From an uncultured Desulfurellales bacterium (GTDB taxonomy: Bacteria; Campylobacterota_A; Desulfurellia; Desulfurellales; CAZERD01): a DNA stretch of 63,376 nt. Where the stretch lies: the NCBI GenBank assembly GCA_964515405.1, contig CAZERD010000003.1:1-63376 (forward strand), written 5' to 3'. Of this stretch, positions 37,720 through 49,047 are shown one piece after another (positions within the stretch are counted from its first letter, which is position 1; every line of letters starts with the position of its first letter). The position numbers and the translations under genes were made by a program. The notes beneath the pieces were generated by a model, which ran no database searches, was not told the DNA's origin, and saw only the letters and a list, made by a program, of their open reading frames with translations.

Positions 37720-39582
37720 ATGAGGATTTTTGAGGAAACTAATCTCAGCGGACTGAGGCTTAAAAACAGAATATTTTCAGCTCCTATAAAAACAGCTTAT
37801 GGACCAGAGTGTACAGACAGACATATATCCTACTACTCAAAATTAGCCTCTGGCGGAGCATCAATGATAATAGTGGAACCCATAGCCGTAACAGAAAATG
37901 GTAGAGAACACCCAAAACAACTCAGGCTTGACAGGGAGGAGTTTATACCATCCGTATCCTCCATTATAAAAGCCATACATCAAAACGGTGCCTTAGCCTG
38001 TATCCATATAAACCACGCTGGCAGGGCAGCCAATCCCAGGGTAGCAGGAACACCAGTGGCTCCATCTGCCACAGTGTGCCCCTCTACCGGTGCCCAGGCA
38101 AGGGAGCTAAGCACAGATGAAATTTCAGAAATAATAAAATCATTCGGAAAAGTATCCATGTACGCCAAAAGCGCTGGGGCAGACGCTATAGAACTACAGA
38201 TGGGTTTAGGATATTTGATTTCACAATTCTTCTCAAAAAAAACAAACAGAAGAACAGATGCCTATAAAGAACCCCTCAAATTCGCAGAAGAGGTGTTGGA
38301 CACCGTTTCTAGAGCAGGGTTACCTGTCATAGCCAGGATTTCAGGATATGAGATGAGCGAAAACGGACTAACACCTGAGGACCTTAAACCCCTCATGCAG
38401 CTCGCAAAAGAAAAGGGTGTTATAGCTCTTCACGTGAGCATGGGGGACGCATGCGAAACACCTCCCTTTTACTACCACCACATGTCTTTGCCTACTACAA
38501 AACAGGAGGAAGCCTTTAATCAGTTAAGGAAACTTACAGATCTACCCATAATAGCAGCCGGAAGATTTGGAAGCCCAGAAAGGCTCAAGCAAGAAGAAGA
38601 ACAGGGAAGAATTGACTATTTCGCCCTAGGACGTTCCCTTGTGGCAGATCCCATGTTTCCCAAAAAGGTAATGGAGGGAAACCTTGACAACATAATCTAC
38701 TGTGGAGGCTGTCTGCAAGGATGCTTAGCCAAGGTTAAAGCTGGCGAGGGGCTTGATTGTATAGTAAACCCCATGGTAGGATTCATGGGCCAAATAAAGA
38801 AAACCGAATCTCCAAAAAGCATTGCTGTAGTAGGTGGAGGACCAGCAGGTCTTGAGGCTGCACGCATACTCAGCGACAGAGGACATAGAGTAGTCCTCTT
38901 TGAAAAAACAAACAGACTCGGCGGAACAGCACTGCTCGCAAGTAAAGCCATAGGCAAATCCACAATGTCAAAACCCATAAGTTCACTCATCAAGCGTATC
39001 GAACACTCTCCCCGGGTAGAAGTAAAATTCAACACTAAACCTGACAGCAAAATCTTAGAGGAATTCGATGTCGTGATTTCAGCAGTAGGTGCCCACCCCA
39101 GAAGCCTATCTATCCATGGATTGGAGTCCATAAAACACATGAGCGGACACGATTTCTTCTTAAACCCGGACTCTCTGAAAGATGTTAAACGAGTATTAAT
39201 AATAGGTGGTGGAATGATAGGTATAGAGGCTGCGGAATTATTATCGGAGGCAGGCAAAGAAGTAATTGTTGTGGAACTACTGGATGATATAGCAAGGGAT
39301 ATGGAGATGGTAACAAAAAAACTAACCCTTGCGAGGATAAAATCCAAGTCTATAACGATCTATACGAAGACAACAGTAAAATCTGTCTTAAACGGAAATG
39401 TACTATGCTCCATAGACGGTGAAGAAAAACACATAGGTAAGGTTGATGCCGTAATAATCTCTGTGGGAGTTGAACCAAACCCATCCCCAAGTGCAACACA
39501 CATAAAGATAGGAGATGCAAACAAACCAGGACAGATATACGATGCAGTGCATTCAGCCTTTTTAGAATCCATAAATATCTAA
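37720..39582 (+). CDS. FMN/Fe-S/FAD oxidoreductase of the 2,4-dienoyl-CoA reductase (FadH) / OYE-fusion family
   Basis: OYE-type TIM barrel N-terminus, [4Fe-4S] motif CGGCLQGCLAKV...C, and a Rossmann VVGGGPAGLEAA plus a second dinucleotide fold. Confidence 0.8.
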   Translation: MRIFEETNLSGLRLKNRIFSAPIKTAYGPECTDRHISYYSKLASGGASMIIVEPIAVTENGREHPKQLRLDREEFIPSVSSIIKAIHQNGALACIHINHAGRAANPRVAGTPVAPSATVCPSTGAQARELSTDEISEIIKSFGKVSMYAKSAGADAIELQMGLGYLISQFFSKKTNRRTDAYKEPLKFAEEVLDTVSRAGLPVIARISGYEMSENGLTPEDLKPLMQLAKEKGVIALHVSMGDACETPPFYYHHMSLPTTKQEEAFNQLRKLTDLPIIAAGRFGSPERLKQEEEQGRIDYFALGRSLVADPMFPKKVMEGNLDNIIYCGGCLQGCLAKVKAGEGLDCIVNPMVGFMGQIKKTESPKSIAVVGGGPAGLEAARILSDRGHRVVLFEKTNRLGGTALLASKAIGKSTMSKPISSLIKRIEHSPRVEVKFNTKPDSKILEEFDVVISAVGAHPRSLSIHGLESIKHMSGHDFFLNPDSLKDVKRVLIIGGGMIGIEAAELLSEAGKEVIVVELLDDIARDMEMVTKKLTLARIKSKSITIYTKTTVKSVLNGNVLCSIDGEEKHIGKVDAVIISVGVEPNPSPSATHIKIGDANKPGQIYDAVHSAFLESINI

Positions 39583-39676
39583 ATTTGCCTTGAGCAACAA
39601 TCCATGGTATTAATACTCTCTAAAAGGGACCTCTGATAGGGATCCCTTCAACTCTTACCGCACAAAGGAGGTTAAA

Positions 39677-41842
39677 ATGAAAACATACGCATACGGCTTC
39701 CCCAGACTGGGCAAACAGAGAGAATACAAGAAGCTTATTGAGGGATACTGGTCAAATAAATTGTCTGGAAAAGAGCTACTGGAAGGTCTATACAAGCTAA
39801 ACAACACAAGGGAAAAAACCTACTCTGTATATGTAGATGCCTTCCCTCATGGAGAGATGACACTGTATGACAACGTGTTTGATGCTGCAATAGCGTCTGG
39901 TATGTACAGAGTTACCACACTAGACGAGTACTACAACCTTTGTCGTGGTAAAGACGCGTTGGAAATGACGAAGTGGTTCAACACAAACTATCATTACCTC
40001 GTCCCAAACCTAAACGATACATACCCAAACCTAAGTCCACAAAAACCGTTTTGGGAGAAGTACAAAAGCACATCAAATGCATACATGTTGGGACCCTTAA
40101 CCCTATTAAAACTATCAAAAGGACTTCCAAAAAAATCTTTCAATAAACTGCTGGATGAACTAACCGACGTTTACGTCTCACTAATAAATTCTTATGGATT
40201 TGAATCTGTCCATCTTGACGACCCAGGATTTGTACTTGAACTAACCAATGAAGAATGGAAAGCCGTGGAAAGAGCTTACACAAGATTTGAAAATACAAAA
40301 GCCCTTGTAAATGCATTCACATATTACGACAGTGTGGAAAGATTGGAGCTCCTGTTTGATCTACCCATATCGGGCATAGGCGTTGACCTAATACACGATA
40401 GGGGTGAAAATCTAAGAGCTCTACAAAATATATCAACAAGCAAAATACTGTTCGCTGGAGTCATAGACGGAAGAAACGTGTGGAGGAACAACATTCTCAA
40501 AACATGCAGACTCATAGAAACACTCAGCGAAAAATTCAACGTCACAGTCACAAACGCTGGACCACTCTTCCATCTCCCTGTGAACCTTGAAGGCGTTAAC
40601 ATAGAAGATGAACTAAAAAAACAGGTAGCATTCGCAGAGGAAAAACTATATGAGCTAAAGCTGATTGATATGGTATCACAAGGTGAAACAGAGAAAGCAA
40701 CAGAATGGACAAACGGTCACACATCATCTTTTGGAATCATAGAGGACGTAAAAGAGAGAGTCAAAGATCTGAAGGAAACAGATTTTGAGAAAAAAACACC
40801 TTTTAAGGAAAGGCTCAAAATACATAAGAGGGAATTTAACTTCCCTCTATTCCCTACCACGACCATAGGCAGTTTTCCACAAACCGAAGAGGTTAGAAGA
40901 ATAAGACTGTTACACAGAAACGGAAAACTGGATAAAGAAAGCTATAAAACCTTTATAAAAGGGGAAATAGCCAAAGCCGTCCGGATACAGGAGGAAATAG
41001 GCCTCGATGTGCTTGTACACGGCGAATTTGAAAGAACGGACATGGTAGAATACTTTGCTGAGAAGCTAAACGGTATAGCAACAACAAACAACGGTTGGAT
41101 AATATCTTATGGCACAAGATGTTACAGGCCTCCAATAATATACGGAGATGTTAAAAGAACGGGAGATATGACAGTTGAAGAAATTGCATACGCACAGAGC
41201 CTCACTCAAAAACCAGTTAAAGGTATGCTGACCGGCCCAGTAACCATCATAGCGTGGAGCTATTGCAGAGAAGATATACCGCAGAGCGAGGTGGCTTATC
41301 AAATAGCCCTATCCCTGAAGGATGAGATAAACGCTTACGAACGCGCTGGAATAAGAATCGTACAAATAGATGAACCCGCATTCAGAGAAAAAGCCCCTAT
41401 AAAGAGGAAGAACTGGGAAGAGTACTTTAAATGGGCAGTCAAGGCTTTTAAGCTATGTCATTCGTCCGCAAAGCCAGAAACACAGATACATACACACATG
41501 TGCTACTCCGAATTTGGGGAAATAATAGAGTACATAGCAGAAATGGACTTCGACGTGATATCAATAGAAGCCTCACGCTCGAAGGGAGACATTATAGAAT
41601 CATTTGAGAGAGTGAAGTTTAACAAACAGATAGGCCTCGGAGTATGGGACATACACTCTCCATATGTGCCCTCACAAGAAGAAATGAGGGAAATAGTAAC
41701 AAGAGCACTCAAGGTCATACCCATGGAGAACTTCTGGATAAATCCAGACTGTGGACTTAAAACCAGAAGATGGGAAGAATCCATACCCGCAATGAGAAAC
41801 ATAGTAGCCCTCGCTAAAAAACTAAGAAAATCGAGCGGGTAG
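39677..41842 (+). CDS. metE: Cobalamin-independent methionine synthase
   Basis: 721 aa, two Meth_synt domains. C-terminal zinc/catalytic segments HTHMCYSEF and NPDCGLKTR. Confidence 0.95.
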   Translation: MKTYAYGFPRLGKQREYKKLIEGYWSNKLSGKELLEGLYKLNNTREKTYSVYVDAFPHGEMTLYDNVFDAAIASGMYRVTTLDEYYNLCRGKDALEMTKWFNTNYHYLVPNLNDTYPNLSPQKPFWEKYKSTSNAYMLGPLTLLKLSKGLPKKSFNKLLDELTDVYVSLINSYGFESVHLDDPGFVLELTNEEWKAVERAYTRFENTKALVNAFTYYDSVERLELLFDLPISGIGVDLIHDRGENLRALQNISTSKILFAGVIDGRNVWRNNILKTCRLIETLSEKFNVTVTNAGPLFHLPVNLEGVNIEDELKKQVAFAEEKLYELKLIDMVSQGETEKATEWTNGHTSSFGIIEDVKERVKDLKETDFEKKTPFKERLKIHKREFNFPLFPTTTIGSFPQTEEVRRIRLLHRNGKLDKESYKTFIKGEIAKAVRIQEEIGLDVLVHGEFERTDMVEYFAEKLNGIATTNNGWIISYGTRCYRPPIIYGDVKRTGDMTVEEIAYAQSLTQKPVKGMLTGPVTIIAWSYCREDIPQSEVAYQIALSLKDEINAYERAGIRIVQIDEPAFREKAPIKRKNWEEYFKWAVKAFKLCHSSAKPETQIHTHMCYSEFGEIIEYIAEMDFDVISIEASRSKGDIIESFERVKFNKQIGLGVWDIHSPYVPSQEEMREIVTRALKVIPMENFWINPDCGLKTRRWEESIPAMRNIVALAKKLRKSSG

Positions 41843-41859
41843 AGGAAAATCCTCTGCCC
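41837..41859 (+). terminator. Hairpin overlapping the metE stop codon (candidate terminator)
   Basis: GGGTAGAGG-AAAAT-CCTCTGCCC (9 bp including one G-U). A T-run follows after a few nt. Confidence 0.4.
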
Positions 41860-41965
41860 ACATTGACTTTTTAAACTCCCGACCTATAAAATTAGGTGAG
41901 TCTTGTGGTTACCAGAGTCAGTACGGCTTATTGATATAATCCAAAATCAACAAAGGAGGTAAGCC

Positions 41966-43573
41966 GTGAAAAACATTTCCGTGAAAAACATAACGCTAGG
42001 AGCTTTTGGCCTCATATTTCTAGGGTTCATTATATCTGCTATATATACTTTTACCATCATAGGCAAAAGTGGCAACAGGATAAACACGATGTATCACAGG
42101 GACTTAGCACAGTTAAAACTATACCACAACATAAAGGAAGCTTTCAGCCATGGAGAAAAACTCCTCATAAAAGCATACGCACTGAGAGACAAAACACTGC
42201 TAGAGCAAGCAAGAAAGTGCTTTTCCCAAGTGGACAATCTTATATCCTCAAACATCAAGGAATTTAGAGCAATACTAACAGCCAGAGAAATAAATGCTTT
42301 ACAGCGCCTCAAAGGTAGTATAGACTCTCAGTTAAAACTCGCTGTCGTGCAGGTGGAAAACAGTATATCAACAGGAGAAATAAAGAAAGAAGAGATAAAC
42401 AAAACGGACCAGATGGCTTCATCCATAGACAATCAGCTTACACATCTAATGAATCATAGGATTGAACTCATGAGAACATCTATGGACAGACTGAAAAACA
42501 ATCTGAAAAACACTGAAGTTGTAGTATCCATTGTGTATATTATCATAACCATAATAATAATACTGAGCTTCATCACCATCAAAAACATGCTCTTGAATCC
42601 GCTACTAGACACATCTAAAACAATAGAACTCATAGGAAAGGGAGATCTGAGCATCAGATTCAACATAGACTCCAACAACGAAATAGGTAAACTCTCCAAG
42701 GAACTTAACAATATGGTGAACAATCTCCAAAGTATGGTAAAAAATATTAGAGAGGCAGCAGACTCCATGGTAAGTCATTCTGTCAGACTCTCATCCGCGG
42801 CGGTTGAAATGTCAGCAGCAAACGATCAAACCACGCAAAGCATGAATGAAATAGCAACAGCCATTGACGAAGCGGCAAAAGCTATAGAGAGTATAGCAGT
42901 CTCAACCGAGAATGTAACACAACACGCAAATAGCATAGCAGAGGTTAACGAAAAAATGCTAAAGGATATAGAGGAAAGGGTAAACAACATGAATCTGAAT
43001 GCAAAACTTGCAGAGGAAACCATGCACCAGATAAACATCGTCGGAGAATCTTCCAAAAATATAGGCAAAATAGTGGATGTCATAAGTGACATCGCAGACC
43101 AAACCAACCTATTGGCACTAAATGCAGCTATAGAAGCAGCCAGAGCTGGAGAATCTGGGAGAGGGTTTGCCGTTGTGGCAGATGAGGTAAGAAAGCTGGC
43201 CGAAAAAACCCAAAACTCTACAGAGGAAATAAGAAACATGATAATCAAGATGCAAAATGACGTCAAAAAAGCCACAGAACAAACAAAAAAAACCCAGGAA
43301 AGCATTCTCTCCGAAGCTAAAGCTATAACAACAAATAAAGAGCACATCAACGCTGTCGTGGAAAGAACAAACAGAACCATAGAAGAGATAAACTCAACCA
43401 GCGCGGCTACAGAAGAGATATCATCAACAGTTTCTGAAATAGATTCCCAAGTGAAAGAAGTATCAGAGGCCGCAAAAGAAAATGCAAAAGCATCAGAAGA
43501 CGTGGCCAAAGCCTCGGTGGAACTCAAAGACATAGCTCAAAACGTACTTGAGCTTGTAAACAAGTTCAAATAA
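41966..43573 (+). CDS. Transmembrane methyl-accepting chemotaxis protein (periplasmic helical sensor, HAMP, signalling domain)
   Basis: GTG start behind AAAGGAGG. Two TM segments, HAMP, and the conserved tip [38 protein letters not shown]. Confidence 0.9.
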   Translation: MKNISVKNITLGAFGLIFLGFIISAIYTFTIIGKSGNRINTMYHRDLAQLKLYHNIKEAFSHGEKLLIKAYALRDKTLLEQARKCFSQVDNLISSNIKEFRAILTAREINALQRLKGSIDSQLKLAVVQVENSISTGEIKKEEINKTDQMASSIDNQLTHLMNHRIELMRTSMDRLKNNLKNTEVVVSIVYIIITIIIILSFITIKNMLLNPLLDTSKTIELIGKGDLSIRFNIDSNNEIGKLSKELNNMVNNLQSMVKNIREAADSMVSHSVRLSSAAVEMSAANDQTTQSMNEIATAIDEAAKAIESIAVSTENVTQHANSIAEVNEKMLKDIEERVNNMNLNAKLAEETMHQINIVGESSKNIGKIVDVISDIADQTNLLALNAAIEAARAGESGRGFAVVADEVRKLAEKTQNSTEEIRNMIIKMQNDVKKATEQTKKTQESILSEAKAITTNKEHINAVVERTNRTIEEINSTSAATEEISSTVSEIDSQVKEVSEAAKENAKASEDVAKASVELKDIAQNVLELVNKFK

Positions 43574-44339
43574 GGGGTAAACCTAACAGAGCAGCACCAT
43601 AAGCACCAACAAACTGAGGATGCTTGGGTAACTGAGGAAGCTCTCCAATTTCCTCTCTAAGCATTTCTTGGATAGCCCTATTGAGAACAACCCCACCGGA
43701 AAGCATTAGAGGAGGTCTTAACCCGATTATGCCTATCATAGCCACCACCCTCTTCACAAGGGATCTATGGAGACCTCTAATAACAGGCTCAAGCCTTTCT
43801 CCCCGAGCAAGTCTTGAAATTACCTCACTCTCGGCAAACACAGCACATGTGCTTGATATACTTACCTCCTCTTCCGTTGAAAGAGCCACGTTGCCCATCT
43901 CCTCCATGGGGATTCTCAGCCTCCACGCCGAATTTTCAAGAAACCTTCCCGTACCTGCGGCACACTTATCATTCATCACAAAATCTACTACTTTTCCTTC
44001 ATCATCCACTATTATCACCTTGCTATCCTGCCCCCCTACATCAAGCAGAGTACCTCCGTGTCCCATAAACCCAAATATCCCCTTAGCATGGCATGTTATC
44101 TCTGTAATCTTCCTGCGAGCACGACTAACAAGCTTGCTCCCATAACCAGTGGCTACTACAACAACATCAGACAGTCCAAAAGCATGCTCTGTTGCGGCTT
44201 TCTCAAGCACAGTTCTAACCTGTTCCTCCATCCTCGGATCAGTGGGTTCAGATACAGCAAACTCTATCTCACCCCTGCTACTTATACCCACAACCTTTAG
44301 AACAGTAGAGCCAGCATCTACACCAACAGACACAACCAT
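43566..44339 (-). CDS. BcrAD/BadFG/HgdC-type ATPase (archerase/activator of a radical dehydratase or reductase)
   Basis: ASKHA fold ([20 protein letters not shown]) and cluster-bridging Cys segments [13 protein letters not shown] and [10 protein letters not shown]. Confidence 0.85.
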   Translation of the reverse strand: MVVSVGVDAGSTVLKVVGISSRGEIEFAVSEPTDPRMEEQVRTVLEKAATEHAFGLSDVVVVATGYGSKLVSRARRKITEITCHAKGIFGFMGHGGTLLDVGGQDSKVIIVDDEGKVVDFVMNDKCAAGTGRFLENSAWRLRIPMEEMGNVALSTEEEVSISSTCAVFAESEVISRLARGERLEPVIRGLHRSLVKRVVAMIGIIGLRPPLMLSGGVVLNRAIQEMLREEIGELPQLPKHPQFVGAYGAALLGLPLI

Positions 44340-44340
44340 G

Positions 44341-45648
44341 CTAATCCCCTAAAACCTCTACAAATGCTGAAAGCCTCGCAAGTACCTGCTCCTCCGAATA
44401 AGAACGAGGATCACTATGATCAGCTTCCAAAATAAGAGAGGGTATAATCTCAGCAAGCCTATTCCTCTGATCCACCTGACCAATAGAATAAGGTTTACAA
44501 GAACGATCAGAGTGCAGAATAACTCCATCAAGATCGTATTCTTTGACCATTCTCATCATTGTATCAAGTTTATGCCCCGTTCCTCTATTCAAAATGGGGT
44601 GTATATAAGCCCTCGCCATTGATTCTATAGGTCTATCTGGATCCATTATCGGAGCGAGTTCACCCCACGCATTTGTATACGTGGACACTACAACAGATAT
44701 CCCACGCTCAGCCAAAAACTCGGAGAGAAATCTAAGCCTGTACCATATCGGAAGATTATCCCACAGCAATCTTTTCCTTTCCCGAAGCACAGTCCCTACA
44801 CCATTCTTTATCCTTTCGTCAATCTCACTAAGCATCCTATGGTAGAAGTCCACAGTAACCACATCACCTCTCATCTCAACTATAGGAGCCATATGTATAA
44901 ATTGATCAAAGACAGAGATCGGTGCAGGTTTGTACTTACCCCTTCTTATGATCTCTAGCCACAATTCAGCAGCTTTCTTGCTTAACTCCAACACTTCCCT
45001 TAGTTTGGAGAATTTCAACTCCCTTCTGGATACCCTCTCTGCAACAGGGATAATCCCTTCAATCTGTCTTTTGACATACTCAACAGAGTGTTCACCTACC
45101 CTATCGTATACAAACGGAGTATCAACAACCACAAGCGGAACCCTGTAATGTTCAGAAAGAACCTTATACCAGAACAACACGGTCTGACAAATATTCGTGC
45201 ATGCAAGCAATAAATCAGGTTTCGGGAGCCTACCAACGGGTGTTTTACCAGATATTACCATTCCCAGATCTGTGCGAGCATAGGAGCACAAATCCGATGA
45301 ATAACCCACCTTTTCCGCCTCCTGAGATATTTCGCCAACCACCCTCCTGACTCCGCACAAAGCAGCATGATTCTCAGGATACAATACATAAAACCCTAGG
45401 GCTTTAAGCATCTCCACAGGGGCACCAGATGTAACCCAAGCCACAGGTTTAACCCCCTCAACGTACCTACCCTCAAGATAGTGCCGTGCCACAATTTCCT
45501 TTGTAAAAACCCCAATTTTCAGTGGAGGTGCAAGTATATCACCCCTCCACCCAAGAGGAGAGACACTTCTTCCTCTTGCTTTAATCCTCTGCATCTTCAG
45601 AGCAAGCGAACCAAAACCGTATCTGATCCTATTCAGCACTGAACTCAC
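44341..45648 (-). CDS. 2-hydroxyacyl-CoA dehydratase / benzoyl-CoA reductase family subunit (HgdB/BcrB-like)
   Basis: Family-typical [30 protein letters not shown] overlap with the upstream subunit gene. Confidence 0.7.
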   Translation of the reverse strand: MSSVLNRIRYGFGSLALKMQRIKARGRSVSPLGWRGDILAPPLKIGVFTKEIVARHYLEGRYVEGVKPVAWVTSGAPVEMLKALGFYVLYPENHAALCGVRRVVGEISQEAEKVGYSSDLCSYARTDLGMVISGKTPVGRLPKPDLLLACTNICQTVLFWYKVLSEHYRVPLVVVDTPFVYDRVGEHSVEYVKRQIEGIIPVAERVSRRELKFSKLREVLELSKKAAELWLEIIRRGKYKPAPISVFDQFIHMAPIVEMRGDVVTVDFYHRMLSEIDERIKNGVGTVLRERKRLLWDNLPIWYRLRFLSEFLAERGISVVVSTYTNAWGELAPIMDPDRPIESMARAYIHPILNRGTGHKLDTMMRMVKEYDLDGVILHSDRSCKPYSIGQVDQRNRLAEIIPSLILEADHSDPRSYSEEQVLARLSAFVEVLGD

Positions 45649-46745
45649 AATCCCCCTCCAAGTGCCTCTATGAAAGCACCAAGCCTCATGGAAATCTGCT
45701 GCGGAAGGGGTTCATTTATATCCACTTCAATGTCTACCGAATCAATTCCATCCTCCCTTAACATTCTCTTAAGCATGGGTTGATAGAATCTCTCCGGCTC
45801 ACAGAACTTAATATGGTAAAACACTACTCCACTCGCACCAGAGGACACCACAACATCCTTCAGAAACGAAAATCTTTCCCTAAGAGAACTACCCATTGTA
45901 GAATCCGGAGGACCACCAAGTAACCTCTGAGCCATTCTCAAAAACGGATCAGGGGATCTACCCTTACCATATATCCTTCTCCTCAAACACATAAAATCAT
46001 CACCCACAACGGTCCCGCCTAGTTCATCAACCTCATCTAAAACATCCATAGGTTCCGGTACAACACCAGATATAACAACACCCACCCCTTGAGCCCCGGA
46101 GGAACTATCAATAACCTTCATGTAATCACTCAGCACGCCCAAAAACATATTTGGTGGAAGATACTCCCTCGCCCTAAGTATCCTGTAAAACTCCAAGCTA
46201 TGCCCTGTAACACCTCTCCTAAGCTTATAAGCCTCCAACAACTTTTCATCTACCTCTTCCTCTCTCAAGACAGCCTCCATGAAATCATCATCCGACGGCT
46301 TATAACCTGTTACAGAAGCTATCCTGTCACACAAATTTAATATCTCCTCCCTGAGAAACTCCTCACCGTTTCTTCCACCATTACGAGGAAGATATAACGG
46401 ATAAACCGGCCTACCGAGGTTAACAAAGTCAATCAGTAAGCTCCCAAACCCTTGTAGTGAATCACAAGAGTGAGGTACAATAACCATATCCACATCATCA
46501 AAGTGCCCCTTAAGAAAAACCAAAGCACTATGAACAACAGAACACACATAACTCTGAAGATGAACAGATGCAGAAGCAGTATCAATCCCTGGAGGGCCCC
46601 ATATTTCCATGGTGTATACCCCGAAACTGCTGAACAACTCTCTTGGATAGTGGACCGGCAAAACTGCCACTATAGGCTTACCCTCCTCTTTTGCCATCTT
46701 TATAACATCACTCCTCGTCGGTATGCCCACACTCACTCCTTTCAT
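45645..46745 (-). CDS. 2-hydroxyacyl-CoA dehydratase / benzoyl-CoA reductase family subunit (HgdA/BcrC-like)
   Basis: [20 protein letters not shown] family segment. ATG 46745 preferred over the ORF-track TTG 46802, but the start is uncertain. Confidence 0.65.
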   Translation of the reverse strand: MKGVSVGIPTRSDVIKMAKEEGKPIVAVLPVHYPRELFSSFGVYTMEIWGPPGIDTASASVHLQSYVCSVVHSALVFLKGHFDDVDMVIVPHSCDSLQGFGSLLIDFVNLGRPVYPLYLPRNGGRNGEEFLREEILNLCDRIASVTGYKPSDDDFMEAVLREEEVDEKLLEAYKLRRGVTGHSLEFYRILRAREYLPPNMFLGVLSDYMKVIDSSSGAQGVGVVISGVVPEPMDVLDEVDELGGTVVGDDFMCLRRRIYGKGRSPDPFLRMAQRLLGGPPDSTMGSSLRERFSFLKDVVVSSGASGVVFYHIKFCEPERFYQPMLKRMLREDGIDSVDIEVDINEPLPQQISMRLGAFIEALGGGL

Positions 46746-46805
46746 ATCCACACATCCTAAAGCATCAAAATTCAACCCCGGTAATACAAAGCAAAAAATC
46801 AACCA

Positions 46806-47594
46806 TCAGCGGCATCGCTTCTTGACCTTAGCTTCCTGCCACAGTGTTTCCATATCATCGAGGGTCATATTTTCCAACCGCTTTCCCTCTTTCTGTGCAG
46901 CTTCTTCCATATACCTGAACCTCTCTTCCACCCTATCAATGGCTTTGTGGAGAGATCCTTCTACATCCACCCCCATAAATCTTCCCAAATTTACTGCGGT
47001 GAACAACACATCACCTAGCTCATGCTCAATCCCATCCCTGTCAACGGCTTTCTTCAGTTCCTCAATTTCCTCAAACAACTTATCCCATACACAATCAACA
47101 TTCTCCCAATCAAACCCAACTTTACTCAGCTTCTTCTGTATTTTTTGTGCTCTCAACAGAGCTGGCATTCTTTTAGGTACTCCATCCAAGAGGGATTCTC
47201 TGTTCTTCTCCTCCCTTTTTATATCCTCCCATTGCTTCAGTACACTATCGGAGTCACCAAGTTTAGTCCCTCCGAACACATGGGGGTGCCTCCTTATCAA
47301 CTTCTCAGTTACACTATTCACAACGTCAACTATATCAAATTCTCCCAGGTCCTCCTTTATACGGGAATGAAAAAGAACCTGAAGCAAAACATCGCCAAGT
47401 TCCTCAATTATAAACTCCCTATTTCCACTCTCTATTGCCTCAAAGAGTTCATAAGCCTCCTCTATAAGATTATTCTTTATAGATTCATTAGTCTGTTCCC
47501 TATCCCAGGGACATTCTCTCCTGAGCTTTGAAACCACATCCACAAGCCTCTGAAAAGCTGTACCATCCTTTCTGCATCCACTATTCTCACCCAT
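46806..47594 (-). CDS. mazG: Nucleoside triphosphate pyrophosphohydrolase MazG
   Basis: ECPWDREQT and two EELGDVLLQV / ELGDVLFT MazG repeats. Start set at ATG 47594 behind GGAGGAGGGA. Confidence 0.85.
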   Translation of the reverse strand: MGENSGCRKDGTAFQRLVDVVSKLRRECPWDREQTNESIKNNLIEEAYELFEAIESGNREFIIEELGDVLLQVLFHSRIKEDLGEFDIVDVVNSVTEKLIRRHPHVFGGTKLGDSDSVLKQWEDIKREEKNRESLLDGVPKRMPALLRAQKIQKKLSKVGFDWENVDCVWDKLFEEIEELKKAVDRDGIEHELGDVLFTAVNLGRFMGVDVEGSLHKAIDRVEERFRYMEEAAQKEGKRLENMTLDDMETLWQEAKVKKRCR

Positions 47595-48171
47595 TCCCTC
47601 CTCCAAAATCCATCAACTCAACTCCTGTTGCCCCAAGCTCTATCATTTCATTAATGGCTCTATCCGGGTTTATAACCCCCTTTATAGCATCAAGTAGTAG
47701 AAAAACCTGGAATCCCAGATTCAACCCACCTACTACGGTATGTTTCACGCAAAAATCTGTAGCTACTCCACCAACGAATATTCTCCACACTCCTCGCTCC
47801 CTAAGCAACACTTCAAGAACTGTACCCTGAAATCCAGAATAAGCATCAAACTCTATAGACGTACCCTTTGAAATTATAAATTTATTATCACCAGGCAACT
47901 TTAAACCATCAACAAATTCCGCCCCACTCGTTCCCTTAATACAGTGCTCAGGCCACACACCACCAAATCCCTTAAAAGAAACATGCCCCTCTGGATGCCA
48001 ATCTCTCGTAAAAAAAACAGGTGCACCCACATTAACAAACAAATCCATATACTCATTCAACCGTGGCACTATTTCATCGCCACCCGGAACAGGCAAAGAA
48101 CCCCCCGGCATAAAATCCTTCTGCATGTCTACAACAACAAGCGCATCAGTTTTCCCCACGCTAATCTTCAT
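47587..48171 (-). CDS. pncA: Nicotinamidase/pyrazinamidase (isochorismatase family)
   Basis: ALVVVDMQKDFMPGGSL, TRDWHP, and the catalytic Cys context GGVATDFCVKHT. Confidence 0.8.
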   Translation of the reverse strand: MKISVGKTDALVVVDMQKDFMPGGSLPVPGGDEIVPRLNEYMDLFVNVGAPVFFTRDWHPEGHVSFKGFGGVWPEHCIKGTSGAEFVDGLKLPGDNKFIISKGTSIEFDAYSGFQGTVLEVLLRERGVWRIFVGGVATDFCVKHTVVGGLNLGFQVFLLLDAIKGVINPDRAINEMIELGATGVELMDFGGGNG

Positions 48172-48248
48172 ACTCCACCTCCTATACCTTCTTATTATAG
48201 CATCTCACGTCTGTTTCGAAAACCCACACACAACAAGAACACCTACCT

Positions 48249-48276
48249 TTGACTTTCTTGAGAATATTATTATAAT
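48249..48276 (+). promoter_or_regulatory. Candidate sigma70 promoter for the BI-1/YccA-family gene
   Basis: TTGACT at 48249-48254, a 16-nt spacer, TATAAT at 48271-48276. Confidence 0.55.
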
Positions 48277-48307
48277 TTAAGCTGGAAAACTTGAACGGAG
48301 GGAAAAA

Positions 48308-49009
48308 ATGGAGAATGGAAGATTCATTAGTGGAGAAAGAACATACACTGCTACCATCAGTGCCTTTATGAGCAGAGTTTATATGTGGATGTTCATTGGA
48401 CTGTTTATTACGGCCATAGCAGCATCCATCACAATAGGGGTACCAAGCATATTTGCATTTGTGTACACGCATCAGCTTGTGTTCTGGGGACTCATAATAG
48501 CAGAATTTGTACTCGTATTCTCAATCAGTGGGGCAATAAACAGGATTAGCGCTTCAACAGCAGGAATGTTATTCATCACCTACAGCATATTGAACGGTGT
48601 GTTATTCTCATCCCTCTTCCTGATATACACAAGCACATCTATAGCACTCGCTTTCTTAACTGCATCGGCTATGTTCCTCGTAATGAGCATATACGGGCTC
48701 GTCACAAAGAAAGACTTAACCTCCTGGGGGAGCTTCCTCTTTATGGGATTGGTAGGCATAATAATAGCTGCGCTAATAAATATATTCCTCAAAAGCCCAA
48801 TGATGAATTTCGTTATCAGCGGTGTAGGAGTAATAGTGTTCACAGGTCTCACAGCTTACGACAACCAAAGACTCAAGAAAATGGGATATGAAATAGCAGG
48901 TAACGGGGCATTAGCGAAGAAAATGTCTGTAGTAGGAGCCTTAATGCTCTACCTGGACTTTATCAACCTATTTATCATGCTGTTGAACTTATTCGGGGAA
49001 AGAAGATAA
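48308..49009 (+). CDS. BAX inhibitor-1 / YccA-family membrane protein
   Basis: Seven TM segments, an N-terminal FMSRVYMWM segment, and a C-terminal LYLDFINLFIMLL segment typical of the family. Confidence 0.8.
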   Translation: MENGRFISGERTYTATISAFMSRVYMWMFIGLFITAIAASITIGVPSIFAFVYTHQLVFWGLIIAEFVLVFSISGAINRISASTAGMLFITYSILNGVLFSSLFLIYTSTSIALAFLTASAMFLVMSIYGLVTKKDLTSWGSFLFMGLVGIIIAALINIFLKSPMMNFVISGVGVIVFTGLTAYDNQRLKKMGYEIAGNGALAKKMSVVGALMLYLDFINLFIMLLNLFGERR

Positions 49010-49019
49010 CACTCCCCTC

Positions 49020-49047
49020 AGAGGGAAGGGTACTAACCCTTCCCTCT
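49020..49047. terminator. Perfect 12-bp stem / 4-nt loop hairpin between convergent genes (bidirectional terminator candidate)
   Basis: AGAGGGAAGGGT-ACTA-ACCCTTCCCTCT. The stop codon of the minus-strand gene lies in the loop, and its last codons (KGRGKG) form the 3' arm. Confidence 0.55.

Noticed and set aside
39583-39676. Riboswitch (SAM or cobalamin) or T-box upstream of metE
   Set aside because: Only 94 nt separate the genes, and a probable promoter (TTGCCT-N17-TATTAA) uses the first ~30 nt. The remaining ~60-nt leader is too short for S-box or B12 elements. I saw only a small AAGGGA...TCCCTT hairpin. A mini-riboswitch cannot be excluded without a covariance-model search.
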